Assembly (NCBI GenBank): GCA_963674595.2
Contig: CAXXFV010000027.1
Location: 128,001-192,000, forward strand
Source: a bacterium
Lineage (GTDB): Bacteria; Zhuqueibacterota; Zhuqueibacteria; Residuimicrobiales; Krinioviventaceae
Length of the DNA: 64,000 bases
Direction of reading: 5' to 3'
Shown here: in pieces, positions 61,127 to 64,000 of the stretch
Numbering within the stretch: position 1 is the stretch's first letter
Layout of the letters: every line of letters starts with the position of its first letter
Program-made: the position numbers and the translations under genes
Notes under the pieces: generated by a model
Seen by the model: only the letters and a program-made list of their open reading frames with translations
Databases searched by the model: none
Told to the model about the DNA's origin: nothing

Positions 61127-61537
61127 TTAGTATGTAATCATTGGTTTTAATTTTTTCGCTTGTTCAATCCAACCGGTAACAGCCTTTAGTCCCGGGACAA
61201 CCCGAACAAGTTTCTTTTCTGCATTAACCTCAGCCATTTTCGCCTGGAGGTTTTCAGCATTTCGGGTAGCAAGCTCTTTGACCGTATCGACACCGGCTCT
61301 TTCCAATAAATCGGAATATTCACTCCCAACACCTTTGATTCTATAAAGATCAGCAAAATTCACCCATTTAAGGATGAGTGTTTCATCAATATCACTCTTT
61401 TCCGCCAATTCTTTACGTCCCTTTTTGGTTGCTCCTTTTTCAAGTAAAGCATTAACAGTACGTACACCTGCTTTTGTTAATTTTTCTCCGTAAGTAGGTC
61501 CAATGCCTTCAATGTCAACGATGTTATAATTTGCCAT
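61127..61537 (-). CDS. DUF4332 family (helix-hairpin-helix) protein
   Basis: DIEGIGP..WVNFADLYRIKGVGSEYSDLLERAGVDTVKELATRN; GGAGG RBS before ATG 61537. Confidence 0.88.
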   Translation of the reverse strand: MANYNIVDIEGIGPTYGEKLTKAGVRTVNALLEKGATKKGRKELAEKSDIDETLILKWVNFADLYRIKGVGSEYSDLLERAGVDTVKELATRNAENLQAKMAEVNAEKKLVRVVPGLKAVTGWIEQAKKLKPMITY

Positions 61538-61900
61538 TTTTTCCTCCATTAATAAGTAATTATGTTTGTTAATACCGAACAACTTGATTTATTGCTTTAT
61601 TTCATAAATAATAATTTTATAAAATAATACAAGATAAAGGGTGTTCGACTTGAATCATTAAAAATTATTTGTTATCAACATAATTCTGATTTTTTTATTG
61701 ATTACAAAATATCAACTATTTAAGTAAAGATGATTTTATTTTAGAGAAAAATACAAATTTTGTTTTGGTAAGATTTTATGATACTGGAACTCATTTAAAT
61801 TTCAAATTAATTTATGAGCCAAATAGAGTAAAGAATACTTTTAATGTGTTGTATGTTCGTGTAGAGAGTTTTGAAGATAATTTATATTAAAAGTTAGCTG

Positions 61901-61929
61901 AATCTAAACTTTATTTTAAATATTGTCAA
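61901..61929 (-). promoter_or_regulatory. Sigma70-like promoter upstream of the DUF4332-LysM-DUF937 genes
   Basis: Minus strand TTGACA-17-TAGATT. Confidence 0.4.
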
Positions 61930-62037
61930 GCAAAATATTGAATTTAGGGAAGGTGATATTTTTTTTCTGATGGGATCGTAAAACTGCACGTTGCATATTA
62001 GAATCTTTTCAAATAATAATATATATGGATTTAATTT

Positions 62038-63261
62038 TTAAATATCTCTTTTAACATATTCTCTTCCATTTTTAAGCCATGTTTCCGGTCTGGACCAGCT
62101 ATCCTCGTTAACATAGGCTGTCTGGTCAATATAATCGAGTGTTTTCAATAAATTGGGATCTCCGAGTTCACGGAATATCCGGTCGTGTGGATTAAATCGG
62201 TTAAACGTATAAATACCATCAACTCCCGCGTTCCAGGCGTTTAATGCTTCTCCTCTCCATATTTTAATAGATGTTTCACCTTCAGGCTCATTGGCAGACT
62301 GAATACGTCGTTTTACAAAACAGGCATAAACAGGGATATTATATTTTTTCCCGGTTGCTGCCAAATTTTCCCAGGGTTCAAGTTTAAAATATCCCCCTCC
62401 TGTAATAATATCTATTAAATCATTTTCAAGCCAATTTTCCAGATCTATGCCGATTGCTTTACAATAATCAATGGAATCCGGAACACGGACTGAAATTAAA
62501 AACGGTCGTTTGCGTTGCAAACCGAGTTCTATTGTCATTTCCCTTATTCTTTTTATCAATCCGGTCAATAAATCACAATGTTCCCGGGTTACCTGATCGC
62601 CTGTCATTTGCGGTTTAAAAAGCACCAAATGACGAAAAAAATCAAGTTCGATGCCGTCGATATCGTATCGACTGCAAACATCTTTTAAAATACGATAAAC
62701 CTTGTCTCGCACGGGTTGAAGAGCATAATCCACGGATGACCAGCGGTTGCAGCCATAGGGAAAATTATCATCAGGCGTGCCGACAAGATAATCCGGATTC
62801 GCTTTTTTCCATTCACAGAGAGGCACACTGCTTCCGGAATCGTGTGTGTCATTCATGCGCATGGACCAAAATATTTCAAATTGACTTTTTTTGCAAAAAT
62901 CAACCATCATTGTCAATGGATCATAACCGGGCAATCCCCGAAACAGTTCGGTCTCTTTACCTGGATGTTTATAAAAATTAAAAACACCTGTGCAATAAAA
63001 TATGGAATCAACCTGCGAACCGACGAGCGGCGTTGTTCGTTTATCGAGAAATTTTGGTATTTCAGTTTTATCTTCCGGCCAAGGCGGCGCAAAGTCATTA
63101 CCGTCGTTGTTCATAATAATTCGGCGTTTTTTACTTTTGGCGATAACTCTGTCTCTGACAAGATCATTTATATCGTAATGATGCGAACATCCGGGAATGA
63201 CAAATGCCGTAGAAGCAACTGTGGCTGTTTTGATAAAATTGCGACGATTTATATTTTTCAT
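62038..63261 (-). CDS. Tat-exported glycoside hydrolase-like 10 (GHL10/DUF187-like) protein
   Basis: NRRNFIK Tat motif; MNNDG; SMRMNDTH; YDIDGIELDFFRH. Confidence 0.75.
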   Translation of the reverse strand: MKNINRRNFIKTATVASTAFVIPGCSHHYDINDLVRDRVIAKSKKRRIIMNNDGNDFAPPWPEDKTEIPKFLDKRTTPLVGSQVDSIFYCTGVFNFYKHPGKETELFRGLPGYDPLTMMVDFCKKSQFEIFWSMRMNDTHDSGSSVPLCEWKKANPDYLVGTPDDNFPYGCNRWSSVDYALQPVRDKVYRILKDVCSRYDIDGIELDFFRHLVLFKPQMTGDQVTREHCDLLTGLIKRIREMTIELGLQRKRPFLISVRVPDSIDYCKAIGIDLENWLENDLIDIITGGGYFKLEPWENLAATGKKYNIPVYACFVKRRIQSANEPEGETSIKIWRGEALNAWNAGVDGIYTFNRFNPHDRIFRELGDPNLLKTLDYIDQTAYVNEDSWSRPETWLKNGREYVKRDI

Positions 63262-63326
63262 TTTACATCCTTGTTTTTTACTATACCAAAATAAATCGTA
63301 ATATATAGAACAGTTTTAAGCAATTA

Positions 63327-64000
63327 TTATTCGGTAATCTCTAACAAAGGTATAAAAACAGGATCAATATTAAAAAGCTGTTTTGAATCTCCTTTTTCAG
63401 CAACATAAACCCGGACCTGGTGTCCCATATCGGTTTTAAAAGAGCGAATACCGTCCACATTTGTATAGTGGATAGCCGGTTCGGCCACCTCTGTGGCTGC
63501 TTTAACCAATGAGATAAATGCGCCAAACCAGTCATCTTTTTCCGGGAAAACGTATTCATCAAAAGTCCGCGGTCGCGGATGATAGCGACCGCTCGGACTT
63601 GTATTGTTACGATGTTTTAAAATTAACTTGTTTGCACCAATTTGTTCGTTTTCAATTTTGAATGGAAATATATGCAAATCATAGTCATAGGCATTGAGTA
63701 TAATATGATTCGGTGTATTCAATTTTTCTTCCCAGCCGGAGGAAATTCCAATACCAAAGTCGTCAATCGTTTCCCGATAAACAGACAAATCGCCGCGCCA
63801 TTGAGTAAAATGCCAATAGGTTGGAAGCCGGTTATAAACGCAAAGTGTTGAAGCTTCCTTTTGGTCCGTAAAACCATTCACATGAGTATAACAACCCTGT
63901 AAAAATGCAACAGCCCTTTCGTTTTCGTTTTTCCCTACAGTGGCCATGCAGTGGATTTGCTGCTCATAACAATTCCCCCCGGTAAAGCTGCCCATACCGG
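63327..64000 (-). CDS. Hypothetical protein, 5' end outside the window
   Basis: Frame stays open to the window edge; no recognised motif. Confidence 0.6.
   Translation of the reverse strand, partial: GMGSFTGGNCYEQQIHCMATVGKNENERAVAFLQGCYTHVNGFTDQKEASTLCVYNRLPTYWHFTQWRGDLSVYRETIDDFGIGISSGWEEKLNTPNHIILNAYDYDLHIFPFKIENEQIGANKLILKHRNNTSPSGRYHPRPRTFDEYVFPEKDDWFGAFISLVKAATEVAEPAIHYTNVDGIRSFKTDMGHQVRVYVAEKGDSKQLFNIDPVFIPLLEITE

Overview
AT-rich bacterial genomic window, probably from an FCB-superphylum organism of the KSB1/Calditrichota type (inferred from secreted proteins ending in YQNYPNPFNP/FlgD-Ig domains, a TonB-dependent receptor and sigma70-like promoters). From left to right it holds: a partial tricorn protease, a DUF6807 lipoprotein and araB; a ~17 kb minus-strand iron/heme-uptake operon (LolA-like, DUF1302-like barrel, flavodoxin, frameshifted HmuY-like and TonB receptor genes, DUF2023, YbtPQ/IrtAB-like ABC pair, four methyltransferases, MMPL, OB-fold, PepSY-TM, exported CbiX-type chelatase) bordered by excisionase/integrase relics abutting tRNA-Arg(CCT); rhaM, secreted proteins and a GTAG-REP array; an aryl-acid uptake/activation cluster (porin, SSS plus small subunit, IorAB, two PaaK, ACT, TRAP, Usp); a BNR protein and mixed accessory genes; a PEGA + FISUMP surface-protein pair; and a DUF87 ATPase, DUF937, LysM/BON, DUF4332 and GHL10 genes. 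The most striking unexplained signal is a diverged ~145-nt element present three times (25372, 43921, 51838). Each copy starts 7 nt after a matching sigma70-like -10 box, shows compensatory stem changes and precedes accessory, mostly secreted/surface-protein genes, so it is a candidate undescribed structured leader RNA (riboswitch or antiterminator). All calls are by eye; no database searches were run.
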